64,000 bases of DNA, taken from Promethearchaeota archaeon. Its GTDB lineage: Archaea; Asgardarchaeota; Heimdallarchaeia; Hodarchaeales; Hodarchaeaceae. Below, piece after piece: positions 30,347 to 40,091 of the stretch. The translations under genes and the position numbers were made by a program. A model generated the notes under the pieces. It had not been told where the DNA came from. It ran no database searches and worked only from the letters and a program-made list of their open reading frames with translations. Numbering within the stretch: position 1 is the stretch's first letter; each line of letters begins with the position of its first letter. The DNA lies in contig JBHLMN010000016.1 of NCBI GenBank assembly GCA_048938105.1, positions 64,001 through 128,000 on the forward strand, given 5' to 3'.

Positions 30347-31381
30347 GTGGACTTGTTGAAATATGGATGCTTAGAATGTGGTGGAAATCTTATTCAAACC
30401 GAATCTGATATCGTTTGTGTGAATTGTGGATTAGTTGCAAATAAAATTTATGAAAAACCAAATATCCAACTAATAAAAGCTGAAAATAGTTTTGGAAGCC
30501 AATATGCTTCAATAAGCGAAAGACCTAGTGCAATGAAATCATTAGGAACATACATTGGTTCTTATGGAAAAAAATTTTTAGCAGATGCAAAAGGATCTCA
30601 ATTAAAAATACCATCTAAACAGCAATTTATGCGATTAAAATCCCTTAATGACATATATCTTCATTTTAATGGCCGTCAGCGGGAGTATCGTGGATTTCAT
30701 TTTCTTACAACGATATGTAGCACTTTACAAATCACAGATGCAGCAAAAGCAGACGCTCTTTTCTTATTTCGAAGTGTTCAATCTCATTTACATGGAAAAA
30801 TGAAACTTTCTAGTTTGATTATGGGTTCTCTTTACTTATCGATACGATCTAGAAGAGAAAATATAGAGCTAGCTCGATTAGTTGCAGCTGCTCAAAATCG
30901 TGGATATTTAATCCTCGGTAAAGATATAATAAAAGCTGCCTCATTAATTAGACAGCATGCTAGAATTCGAGTAAGTCACGTTAAATCAGAGGAGTATTTG
31001 GATAATATTATTAGTCGTCTCCAAAGAGATAATGATATTATAAAACAATTCAAGAAAAAAATCATTATCAATAAGAATGAATATTTTCACTATTTGAAGC
31101 TTGGATCAAAAAGATTACTCATCAATTTTCCTCAATCTGATCGTGGGGGACGTAATCCATTCATTCTTGCAGCAGCAATTATTATTGCTTCAGATATATT
31201 GTTAGCACGACAAATTTTTTTTCCACACTGTTATAAACGTAAATCTAGACGAGGAATTTTAACACAAAAGCACATTGCTAGAATCTTAAGTATCGCTGAA
31301 TTCACATTACGTGAACACTTTTTATTATTAGCAAAACCTCTGATGGAATTGGAAATTCGTAATAACCAATTACCGGTGTGA
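30347..31381 (+). CDS. TFIIB/TFB-like protein (Zn ribbon plus cyclin folds), divergent paralogue
   Basis: CLECGG...VCVNCGLV ribbon, GRNP.ILAAAII, LTQKHIARILSIAEFTLRE HTH-like end. Confidence 0.8.
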   Translation: MDLLKYGCLECGGNLIQTESDIVCVNCGLVANKIYEKPNIQLIKAENSFGSQYASISERPSAMKSLGTYIGSYGKKFLADAKGSQLKIPSKQQFMRLKSLNDIYLHFNGRQREYRGFHFLTTICSTLQITDAAKADALFLFRSVQSHLHGKMKLSSLIMGSLYLSIRSRRENIELARLVAAAQNRGYLILGKDIIKAASLIRQHARIRVSHVKSEEYLDNIISRLQRDNDIIKQFKKKIIINKNEYFHYLKLGSKRLLINFPQSDRGGRNPFILAAAIIIASDILLARQIFFPHCYKRKSRRGILTQKHIARILSIAEFTLREHFLLLAKPLMELEIRNNQLPV

Positions 31382-31632
31382 CTAATATAAAGAAAATTAC
31401 ATTAAGCTTAAACCAAAACGTTTGAAACCAGAACTAAGTCTATGTTAACCATTGATCTACATACAAGAATTAGATAGTACCTTTAAAGCGATACCAAATC
31501 AAAAAAATACCTCGAAAACATGATAAACTGTAGTCCATGTCGCTGACTCTTGGGATTAAATAAAAAAATTGGATTTTTATTCCAACATTTAATCCTAAAT
31601 TAACAAATCGAGTAATTTTCTGGTGAATAATT

Positions 31633-33159
31633 ATGGCAGATCTCGAAAGAATGAATTTAGTGGTCACAGGACATGTCGATCATGGAAAATCGACTGGTTT
31701 AGGCCACATGTTATTCCTACTCGGTCAGATTCACGATCCTAAAAAGAAACGACAACCATGGCGTATTGCTGAGAGATACTTTAAAGATAGTAAAGCTCAA
31801 GGTATGGGAAGTTGGTCGTATGCCTGGATTTTAGATCCTCTAATGGATGAAAGAGAACGGGGACTTACAATAAACGTATCTTTCATGGAATTTAAAACCA
31901 AGAATTTTATTTTCAACCTTATTGATGCCCCTGGGCATAGTGATTTTATTAAGAACATGATAACAGGAGCCTCACAAGCAGATGCTGCAATCTTAGTAGT
32001 TTCTGCAAGGAAAGGGGAATTTGAAGATGGAACTAAAGTAGCAGGAACAGCCTCGGGAAAATATGCAAATGTTATTGGAATGACAACTGAACATATGCTT
32101 CTTCTCACCTCATTGGGTGTTACAAATATTGTAGTTGCAATCAATAAAATGGATGTTGTCGATTATGATCAAAAGCGGTATGAACAGATCAAAGATTCGA
32201 TTCATAAAATCTTTACTCAGCTTATGACCGCCCTACAAATAGAAAACAAAGAAAAATATCTAGAAGCAATTAAATATGTCCCAACAAGTGGTTTAGTTGG
32301 AGTGAATGTTCTTTCAAAAGATGTAACGATTAAAAATCTTGAAGGGCATATATCTGCAGCAAAAGCCGGGGGTGGTGATCCTGAATTTATTGGATCATTA
32401 GAAAAGGAAATAGAAGATATTAAAGCTGGATTTGAATCTTTGTCTTGGTATGATGGACCTTCCTTGCTTGATGCTTTGGATTTACTGGAATCACCTGCAG
32501 TTCGTAAAGAGAAGTTTGCACAGCAGTCAATAAGAATTCCGATTCAACAAACTCTTAATATAGGTGGTGTGGGCACCGTTCTTACAGGCCGAGTTTCTAG
32601 TGGTATTTTAAAACCAAATTCGGAAGTAGTTATTTCTCCTACAAAACAAAGTATTGAGCCTACTCCAATCTCTGTAAAAACCATCCAAGAATTCCATAAA
32701 GACATTCCACAAGCCCTTCCAGGTGATAACATCGGATTTAACATTAAAACCAAAAATATTGGTGCACGAGATATTATTCGAGGTGCAGTGGTTAGCGATC
32801 CCAAAGATCCTGCAAAAGCTTTAAGACCAAATATCGATGGATTTTTGTCATTCGTTCTTGTAGTGCGTGGATTAGGTAAAAAAGCCAAGAAAAAAGGCGA
32901 AACTTGGGGAATCCATGAGAACTATTCTCCTGTTGTTCACTGTGGTACAGCTCAGGTCGCATGTCGGGTAACACAAGTTCAGGAAAAAGATCAGCTTAAC
33001 CAAGGTGAGAGGGGAATGATTTGGATGACCCCCCTGAATCCCCTAGTAGTTGAACCCTTATCTAAATCCCCTTCACTTGGACGTTTCGCATTACGTGATT
33101 CTGGAAAAACAGTAGCTGTGGGAGTGGTTCAAAAAATAGAGTTAGGCAAATATGGCTAA
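31633..33159 (+). CDS. tuf: EF-1alpha family translational GTPase, paralogue 1 (with insertions)
   Basis: GHVDHGKST, ERERGLTI, DAPGH, NKMD, GDNIGFN, LGRFALRDSGKTVAVG. Confidence 0.85.
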   Translation: MADLERMNLVVTGHVDHGKSTGLGHMLFLLGQIHDPKKKRQPWRIAERYFKDSKAQGMGSWSYAWILDPLMDERERGLTINVSFMEFKTKNFIFNLIDAPGHSDFIKNMITGASQADAAILVVSARKGEFEDGTKVAGTASGKYANVIGMTTEHMLLLTSLGVTNIVVAINKMDVVDYDQKRYEQIKDSIHKIFTQLMTALQIENKEKYLEAIKYVPTSGLVGVNVLSKDVTIKNLEGHISAAKAGGGDPEFIGSLEKEIEDIKAGFESLSWYDGPSLLDALDLLESPAVRKEKFAQQSIRIPIQQTLNIGGVGTVLTGRVSSGILKPNSEVVISPTKQSIEPTPISVKTIQEFHKDIPQALPGDNIGFNIKTKNIGARDIIRGAVVSDPKDPAKALRPNIDGFLSFVLVVRGLGKKAKKKGETWGIHENYSPVVHCGTAQVACRVTQVQEKDQLNQGERGMIWMTPLNPLVVEPLSKSPSLGRFALRDSGKTVAVGVVQKIELGKYG

Positions 33160-33222
33160 CTACCTTTTTTTCTTTTTATATCTATATACTCTTCTTTTTT
33201 TCGCAAAAAAAAAAGCCTAGAA

Positions 33223-34566
33223 TTGGCGGGTCACATGACAGAGGCTAAACCAACTATTTCTCTTGTGTGGATTGGACATGTAGACCATGGAAAATCAACA
33301 ACATTAGGGCATTTATTATCCCAAATAGGGGCTATTGATAATCGAATAATGGAGAAATTGAAAGAAGAGGCCATGCAATATCAAATGGAATCGTGGCAAT
33401 GGGCTTATGTTCTCGATTCATTACCAGAAGAAAAAGAACGAGGGATTACTGCAGATGTTGCTTTCTATCCATTTGAGACAAAGAAGAGAAAATTCATGCT
33501 TATTGATGCCCCCGGGCATCGTGATTTTGTGAAAAATATGATTCGTGGTGCAGCACTAGCTGATGCATGCATTCTAGTTGTTAGTGCGGTTCCAAATGAC
33601 CTTAAATCCGGATTGAAAAGTGGTGATTATCAAAATCCAGGGGGACAAACTAGGGAACATGCAGTTTTAGCATCAGTTTTAGGAATTGAACAGATTATTG
33701 TAGCAATTAACAAAATGGATCTAGTAGATTTTCGAGAGGATCGTTTTCAGCAAGCTACTGACCGAATAAAAGCTTTATTCCAAGAAATTCAATCACCTTG
33801 GAATAAAAAACTGGATGAGATCCCATTCATCCCCATTAGTGGATTCTTTGGGGACAATTTAGTTCAACCTTCTAAAAATTTGAAATGGCACACTGGTCCC
33901 ACTTTAATTGAAGCTTTGGATGCATTCGAAGGCTCAGTGTCCAAAGAGAAGTTGGCAATGAGATTTGTAACCTATGATTTGGATGAACGTCATGGTTTTG
34001 GAACCTTTTTATTAGGGAAAGTCTTAGGCTCCTCATTGAGGACGGGGGACTCAGTGAAGGTTTTACCTTTGGGAAATGAATCTGAGGTTAAGGAAACTTG
34101 GATACAAGATGTTAAATCAACATCCATTGACCCTGGTAATCATGGTTCAGTTCTTTTGAGAAATTTGGATAAAAATACATTAGAGGAAGGGATTGTTTTA
34201 GCCCCTAAAGAATTGGATTATCGTTTTGCCTCTCTTGTACACGCAAGATTATTAATTCTTGAGGGATCTTTTGTTCCAGGTTCTTCTTTGATTTTTCATT
34301 GTGGTACTTCTTATACAACTACCCAAGTTTTAAGAATAACAAGAATTTTGAAGATGAGTCCAAGATTTAAAAAATTATCTCGAAACTTCGAAGGAAATAT
34401 TACTATAGCTTTTAAAGGTGAATTGATCGAAGTAGAATTGACCCTAGATTCCTCAACAGTCGTTGAAAAATTCTCTGATTTTCCTGAACTGGGTAGGATA
34501 ATACTACGACATTCTGGACAAACTATTGCTGTTGGTATTGTCAATGATATAATAAGAGAGGATTAG
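33223..34566 (+). CDS. EF-1alpha-like translational GTPase, paralogue 2 (divergent domains II/III)
   Basis: GHVDHGKST, EKERGIT, DAPGHRDFVKNM, NKMD, PISG..GDNL, LGRIILRHSGQTIAVG. Confidence 0.85.
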   Translation: MAGHMTEAKPTISLVWIGHVDHGKSTTLGHLLSQIGAIDNRIMEKLKEEAMQYQMESWQWAYVLDSLPEEKERGITADVAFYPFETKKRKFMLIDAPGHRDFVKNMIRGAALADACILVVSAVPNDLKSGLKSGDYQNPGGQTREHAVLASVLGIEQIIVAINKMDLVDFREDRFQQATDRIKALFQEIQSPWNKKLDEIPFIPISGFFGDNLVQPSKNLKWHTGPTLIEALDAFEGSVSKEKLAMRFVTYDLDERHGFGTFLLGKVLGSSLRTGDSVKVLPLGNESEVKETWIQDVKSTSIDPGNHGSVLLRNLDKNTLEEGIVLAPKELDYRFASLVHARLLILEGSFVPGSSLIFHCGTSYTTTQVLRITRILKMSPRFKKLSRNFEGNITIAFKGELIEVELTLDSSTVVEKFSDFPELGRIILRHSGQTIAVGIVNDIIRED

Positions 34567-34711
34567 AATTTCTCTGATAATTTAATTTACCAGTGGTTGA
34601 AAAAAACAATAATATAACAATAATTTTAACTTTCTTGAATTTTTAAGTGGTAGAAGTTATGAAATGAGTGAAAAGTCTCCTATTAGTAGTTAGTAGTAAT
34701 TACACAAAGTT

Positions 34712-35293
34712 CTAACGAGCACTTAAAGCAACTCGCTCAATGTCCTGCTTTTTTTTAATTGCATTAGAATTTGGATTATTAGTAGAAGCTAAAATTAGTT
34801 GCTCTGCAAGGATTTCGTCAAATGTTCGAATACTATTGAAAGATGCCTTTCTTACTGATTGAGCTAATAAGCGTAAAGCTACATCAACCCTACGTTGAGG
34901 AGCGCTATCGACAGCTGTATGATAAACAATTCCACCATATGAGATACGAGTAGTTTCTTCCCTTGGTGCACAGTTCACAATAGCATCAACCAGAACTTGA
35001 ATAGGGTTACTCCCAGTTTTCAACTCAATTATTTGAAGGGCAGATTTCACCACATTAAGAGCCAAGATTTTTTTTCCAGTATTCTTCCCAGGACTCATTA
35101 ACTTATTTGCTAAGCGCTCAATAATGTGAACATGTGATTTGTGGAATCGTTTATGTTCATGACGTCCTGCGCTATGTGGAACTAGTCTTTCAGTTAAATT
35201 AATATAACGAATAAGACTGATATCTTTGACTTCTATCTCTTTACAATCCCAAAGACCAAATATCTTCATTTCTACAGAAGCTACCATTTTCAT
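34712..35293 (-). CDS. rps7: 30S ribosomal protein uS7
   Basis: PHSAGRH, NCAPREETTRI, APQRRVD, ERVALSAR. Confidence 0.97.
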   Translation of the reverse strand: MKMVASVEMKIFGLWDCKEIEVKDISLIRYINLTERLVPHSAGRHEHKRFHKSHVHIIERLANKLMSPGKNTGKKILALNVVKSALQIIELKTGSNPIQVLVDAIVNCAPREETTRISYGGIVYHTAVDSAPQRRVDVALRLLAQSVRKASFNSIRTFDEILAEQLILASTNNPNSNAIKKKQDIERVALSAR

Positions 35294-35304
35294 CTTCCAT
35301 GCAC

Positions 35305-35628
35305 TTATGTTCTTAACTCGATTTCAACAAAAATCGAACGAGATACATTCAGTCTAATTATTTGACGCATTGTTCTATCATCTGCATCAATGTCTATTAA
35401 ACGTTTATGGATTCTTAATTCGTAATCTTCCCAAGTTGCAGTACCTTGTCCACTTGGTGATTTTCTTACTGGTAGTTTTAGCTTTTTTGTTGGTAAAGGA
35501 ATGGGGCCTCGCATTTTTACCCCAGATTTTTCCGCAATTCTCTTCATTTCATTACAAATTCCGTCAAGCTGTTCCACATCGGTACTCATTAACCGAATTC
35601 GTGCCACTGACACCAAGATTAGCTTCAC
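35305..35628 (-). CDS. rps10: 30S ribosomal protein uS10
   Basis: GPIPLPTK, RKSPSGQGTATW, RIHKRLIDI. Confidence 0.97.
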   Translation of the reverse strand: MKLILVSVARIRLMSTDVEQLDGICNEMKRIAEKSGVKMRGPIPLPTKKLKLPVRKSPSGQGTATWEDYELRIHKRLIDIDADDRTMRQIIRLNVSRSIFVEIELRT

Positions 35629-35844
35629 CTATTCGCATATACAATTCTTTCTGCTAGAGTGCTTAACTAGGGAGAATAGTAAGGGGTTATAAGGATTGTT
35701 GGTTTTTATTATAGACCATCCTTTTTTAGATTTTAATTACGAATTATCTTGAAGAATCCAACGATGGATTTAACTGAAACATCATCAAGCAAAACAAATC
35801 GGCTTTTAAATGATAAGGAATCTTCTAAATTAGTAGGAAAAGAA

Positions 35845-36036
35845 CGCCAGGGGAGGGATTCGAACCCTCGCGTACAAAAAGTACACTGGCTTTCTGGCGC
35901 AGCAATTCATTGCTCTTATGACTCAAGGCCAGCGCCGTATTACAGGGAAATGGATAACCATTAACCCGTCCACTTGGCTTTCGAATTGTAATACCTTTGT
36001 AGATTATAAAGCCGAAAGTATTTACAAAACCCCGGC
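35845..36036 (-). tRNA. tRNA-Ser(TGA) with three introns: 8/9 (35980-36028), D-loop (approx. 35940-35968), 37/38 (35892-35921)
   Basis: Splicing yields an 84-nt tRNA: GCCGGGG/CCCTGGC acceptor, G73, CTGGC-CTTGAGA-GCCAG, long variable arm, GAGGG-TTCGAAT-CCCTC. Confidence 0.85.
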
Positions 36037-36058
36037 AAAATGGTTAGTTAATGATTAA

Positions 36059-36511
36059 TTAGGAGGTCTTATAGTCGTACATTACCACAGTTCCGACTGC
36101 TGCGACGAGAGTAAGTATAATCCCCAAGATTAATAATGTAATGGAAGTCCTGATGTCATAAGCAAAACGGGTTGAATGACGAATTAAAAAAAGGCCTCCT
36201 GATCCTATCCCAAAAAATAGTCCAGCTATCAGAGATTCGACCAGAAATTGCTCGCTTGAGGATCTGAAAACAGGTACAAGTTGAGTTGCAGTTTGTCCCA
36301 TTGGAAGTGGTTGTTCAGTAAGATTGTAAAGTCCACCAGCTAAAATAAATAGAGTTGCAATGATTATTAAAGCTAAAACATACTTATGAGGCGCTTCATA
36401 GGGGAGTTCGATATCTGGAACCCTAAAATCGATTGATGGCTTTTTAAGGCCAGGAATCCAAGGAAGCCGGGATAGATATCCCTTTGTTCTTTCAGGTTGT
36501 TTTTTTGGCAT
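36059..36511 (-). CDS. OSTC/DC2-like (OST3/OST6 family) oligosaccharyltransferase accessory subunit
   Basis: 150 aa, three TM helices; LKKP, FILAGGLYN...PLPMG and QFLVESLIAGLFFGIG match the eukaryotic DC2 pattern as recalled. Confidence 0.75.
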   Translation of the reverse strand: MPKKQPERTKGYLSRLPWIPGLKKPSIDFRVPDIELPYEAPHKYVLALIIIATLFILAGGLYNLTEQPLPMGQTATQLVPVFRSSSEQFLVESLIAGLFFGIGSGGLFLIRHSTRFAYDIRTSITLLILGIILTLVAAVGTVVMYDYKTS

Positions 36512-36749
36512 ATCTATAACCTTTAAGATGAGTTAAACATTGAGATCTCTGACTAATGAACCATTTCTAGGCCAAGATTTCTCAGTATTAGATTTAAACA
36601 CCATTTTTTACTGTGTTAATTGGAATGCAACTGTAGGGGGTTACACTATAGATAAATTTACGTGATGGGGGGCAATGAGTCCAGCTTAATTTCCTTTCGA
36701 AATTCGATGATTATAAGATTAATAGTCCTTTTTATTACCTCTTCTGAAT

Positions 36750-37823
36750 CTAAACACTTTTTTCATTTAGAATTTTTTTAAAATCAATGAGAGCCATTCC
36801 TTCTAAATCTGATATTTTAATCAAAGTCAGAAGCGAAGATTCTTTAGAAACTTCAAGATTCCCAATGTTATCATCATCGTCCATAAACCAGATCGCTTTC
36901 TTTTGTAGAAATTTTGAAAGACTGTTGATTAAAAAAATTCTTTCTGAATCACTTCTTTCATTTAATGATGTTACACCAGTAATCATTGGATATTGAGTAT
37001 TTACTTGATTACTTTTAGGAGATTGATCTATATTTGGTTCAGAAAGGCCATCAAAGGGTTCAGATTTAAACCAAAGGACACTAAATTCTTTATCTGCTAA
37101 ATAACTTGCAACTTCCTTTTGTAATTGGGATCTGGGCTTTTTATAACCTTTTAGTGTGTGTTGACCAATGTCCTCGAATTGATTCTCTAAAATATCTAAG
37201 GGAATATCCAAATTGTCTCCAAGGATTTTACTTAAATTTCTAAAATATCTAATCTTAGGAAATCTCTCCCCTTTTTCATATTTGTACAGAGATTGTCGTG
37301 AGATTCCCACCTTCTTGGCAAGAACGGTCATATCAAGCTCTAATCGTTTTCTCCGCGCTTTAAATTTTTCTTTTGACAAATTAACAAAAACTCCACCACG
37401 ATGAGCAAACTTGGAAATTTTAGCTGAATCTAACCCTTTATCGTACTGAAGAAACAATTGCAATGTTTTTATTGAGATTGCAGAAACATTATGTCTACGA
37501 TATAAGGTCGCTGTCTCAATGTCTTTTCCTGCAGCAGAATGAGCCACTAACAAAGGGAATCCAGAAATTAATTTTGAAATTAGTTGCAATTCAATGGAGG
37601 TTTGTTTTTTAAATAAGTCTAAATCTACTAATACTTTTGCTACAATTTTTTGCTGATTTGATCTTAAATCTGTTAAATCATTCTTTTTAGCAATGAAATC
37701 AAAAGCATTTGATTTAATATTCTCGTTCCAAAGAGAATAGCCTGCATTGATAAATTCTTTCTTTGATTGACCAATTATGTTTTTTTTCGTGACAGTCTCC
37801 TGAATTGACATTAATGATTCCAA
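36750..37823 (-). CDS. archaeal Cro/C1-type HTH transcriptional regulator (MJ1164-like)
   Basis: FDFIAKK, LYRRHNVSAI, RGGVFVNL, LAKKVGISRQSLYKYEKG HTH. Confidence 0.8.
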   Translation of the reverse strand: MESLMSIQETVTKKNIIGQSKKEFINAGYSLWNENIKSNAFDFIAKKNDLTDLRSNQQKIVAKVLVDLDLFKKQTSIELQLISKLISGFPLLVAHSAAGKDIETATLYRRHNVSAISIKTLQLFLQYDKGLDSAKISKFAHRGGVFVNLSKEKFKARRKRLELDMTVLAKKVGISRQSLYKYEKGERFPKIRYFRNLSKILGDNLDIPLDILENQFEDIGQHTLKGYKKPRSQLQKEVASYLADKEFSVLWFKSEPFDGLSEPNIDQSPKSNQVNTQYPMITGVTSLNERSDSERIFLINSLSKFLQKKAIWFMDDDDNIGNLEVSKESSLLTLIKISDLEGMALIDFKKILNEKSV

Positions 37824-37843
37824 ACACTAATTGATATTGAAAA

Positions 37844-37951
37844 TGGTGGACCAGCCGAGACTCGAACTCGGGGGTTGCGGTCATCCAAGGGTGAACCCTA
37901 TGGACACTCCGCCTTGCGAAGGCGGCGTGATACCAACTTCACCACTGGCCC
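37844..37951 (-). tRNA. tRNA-Ala(CGC) with 32-nt intron at 45/46 (37875-37906), CCA encoded
   Basis: G3:U70 acceptor, CCGCC-TTCGCAA-GGCGG, GCGG/CCGC central helix with AG|U and AA|C bulges; 76 nt after splicing. Confidence 0.92.
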
Positions 37952-38251
37952 AATTTTTAAAACATTAAAAGTTTTTTTTGGAGGAAAGAATACATCATAA
38001 TATCTTTTAACTTTGACTTGCTTATGTTTGACAGTCTTTTAAAAGAGTCTAAAAGGTTGTCTCAAAGCTTTGTCTATCATAAAGTTACTCTTATGGACTA
38101 TTAAAGATAGCTATGCGAAAAATGATCCTTGAAAACAACAGATCCTTTTATTTGAAAGAAGAAAGAGTAATGGAAATTTGATTGTCAATCCATCAAAACA
38201 ATCAATTTATTCAGACTAGATCTATAAAAAAGGAAAAAAAGAAGAAAAGTT

Positions 38252-38560
38252 TTAACCAAACAAAGAGGATAAACCGAGATCGTCACCCTCTTCCTCCTCT
38301 TTTTCTTCTTTTGCTTCTTCAGCCTTTGCTATATCTTTCGCATCTTTGACAGACTCTGATGTTCCTGGAACTGCAGCTGTCATCAAAGAGGCCCCTTTAA
38401 TAGCTTCGTCAATATCTATGGATGTTAGCGACGCAACAAGGGTTTTTATTTTTGATTCATCTGGTTTTTCTCCAGCAGCTTTTATTATGGCTTCAATTCC
38501 TTTTTCTGAGATTTTCTTACCTGCTGAGTGTAAAACCAAGGCAGCATGTAAATATTGCAA
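38252..38560 (-). CDS. rpl12: ribosomal stalk protein P1 (L12p)
   Basis: YLHAALVLHSAGK, acidic hinge, C-terminal GLSSLFG. Confidence 0.95.
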   Translation of the reverse strand: MQYLHAALVLHSAGKKISEKGIEAIIKAAGEKPDESKIKTLVASLTSIDIDEAIKGASLMTAAVPGTSESVKDAKDIAKAEEAKEEKEEEEGDDLGLSSLFG

Positions 38561-39101
38561 TTATAGTCACTTCCTCATGATAATGATAAATTATTCTGTT
38601 TTCGAGATTCTTGATAAATCCTAACAGTTTTGCATGCTTTTTTAATTTATTTGCGCATCGCAATGTTAATTAGAACTATCTTACTTCTATTTTTCGTATT
38701 TTTCGATGTAAGTTTATCTGTGTAATGGAATGGATTCTAGGTGTCTTGCATAGAAATCCAACTTACCTACTATTTGTTGAGCTTTCTGAACTGGAAGTTG
38801 CTGATAATTATTAGAGACATGAAGGAAATAGACCTGGTAACGATAACGAATCCAATTACCAATATTGGATATTATTTAACAAATTTGGTAAATTCCTTTA
38901 TTATTGAGGTTCTTTGATATATGATAGAGCCAAGAGATGATTTTGTTCGATTTAATCTAAGACTGTACAAGTAACCAATATTGGTTTATTATCATTTTAT
39001 GTAATCTTTAGAGGATCTAAGTAAAAATAAATTTTGAACTATAAGTTATTTACATTTAAATAACTAAGGATTAATTCTATTCCCCTTTAATATCAATTAG
39101 T

Positions 39102-39300
39102 TGGGGACGGCCGGATTTGAACCGGCGATTTTCGGACACCCTGCTGCAAGCAGTGGTGACACCGAGTTTCCTCATTTTTCCAGAACTTCATCATGAGTTT
39201 CAGTTAACCCAGTGGAGTTCACAGGGGGTTCTGGAGCCCGGCGCGATACTTTTCCGGTCTTACTGGTTCTCAGTAGGACCACTAGCTTCGCTACGTCCCC
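39102..39300 (-). tRNA. tRNA-Trp(CCA) with three introns: 18/19 (39250-39281), 37/38 (39168-39230), 45/46 (39130-39159)
   Basis: Splicing yields a 74-nt cloverleaf: GGGGACG/CGTCCCC, CCGGG-CTCCAGA-CTCGG, GCCGG-TTCAAAT-CCGGC. Confidence 0.9.
39168..39230 (-). ncRNA. box C/D guide RNA inside the tRNA-Trp 37/38 intron
   Basis: ACUGGGUU-AA-CUGA pairs with exon 2 (N+5 rule gives C39); AUGAUGA C-type box; UUCUGGA-AAA-AUGA pairs with the anticodon loop (N+5 gives C34). Confidence 0.8.
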
Positions 39301-39377
39301 AATAAATGGTGTTCTATTGTTTAATCACTAGGGTAAGTTAGAAGATGTTTCTTTTTAATAATTTTCGGACATTCTTG

Positions 39378-40091
39378 CTAAAAGCAGGTAATATTCAGAA
39401 AATCAATGGAGAGCCGTTGGGATAGCTTATGAGGGAAATTCAGGCTAAAAAACCATGATAAAAAATCAAAACAATGAGGAGTTACTGTTAAAATTGCAGT
39501 ATCATGAGAAAAAACTACTTCCCTTGTTTGATTTTTTAGACTCCAATCGACTAATTTACAGATCTCACATGATCCAGTTATATCAAACTCTTGCATTAAG
39601 GTTGAAAACAATCTAGCATGATTTTTACTGAAGCTTATTTGTTTATCAAAGTAAAAATAAATATTCTTTGGTTCTAGTTTTAATAATGCCCGAAAGTACG
39701 AGAATAAAAGCTCACGATCAATACGTAAATCTTTTTTAGAATGTAATGACGAAAATATATCTCTTAACACTCCGTCACGACAAATTATAACAGGATCGTG
39801 GTTTATAATGGAAAAAAACGTTATAATCTGGTTGTAGGCATCTATATGAAAGTTTCTGTTTTTTAATGAATCAGAATCCCCTATAAGATTGTTTTGAATT
39901 AATTTAACTATGGTTAATGGTAGAGCTGCACGATTCAAGATGTTTCTTAATCTGTTATCTAAGGTATAATGATTTGATACGAAGGTAAGAGCACTTTTTT
40001 TAGGGTAATTACGATCTAATAAATAAATTAAATCACAATATGCTTGATTTATCATTTTATTATTCTTTATGGGAAGGTGAAAAGTGCACAT
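39378..40091 (-). CDS. DUF434 domain protein
   Basis: DLIYLLDRNYPKKSALTFVSNHYTL, IDAYNQIIT, DGVLRD. Confidence 0.8.
   Translation of the reverse strand: MCTFHLPIKNNKMINQAYCDLIYLLDRNYPKKSALTFVSNHYTLDNRLRNILNRAALPLTIVKLIQNNLIGDSDSLKNRNFHIDAYNQIITFFSIINHDPVIICRDGVLRDIFSSLHSKKDLRIDRELLFSYFRALLKLEPKNIYFYFDKQISFSKNHARLFSTLMQEFDITGSCEICKLVDWSLKNQTREVVFSHDTAILTVTPHCFDFLSWFFSLNFPHKLSQRLSIDFLNITCF

Noticed and set aside
33223-34566. SelB (selenocysteine elongation factor)
   Set aside because: No C-terminal domain IV and the G-domain motifs are EF-1alpha-like; no in-frame TGA selenoprotein noticed nearby
35749-35964. 71-aa ORF (and the 62-aa ORF at 39117-39305)
   Set aside because: Antisense shadows of intron-containing tRNA genes
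36620-36690. Short G-rich patch with a weak hairpin upstream of the OSTC-like gene
   Set aside because: Pairing is too short and no complete C/D or H/ACA box set could be assigned
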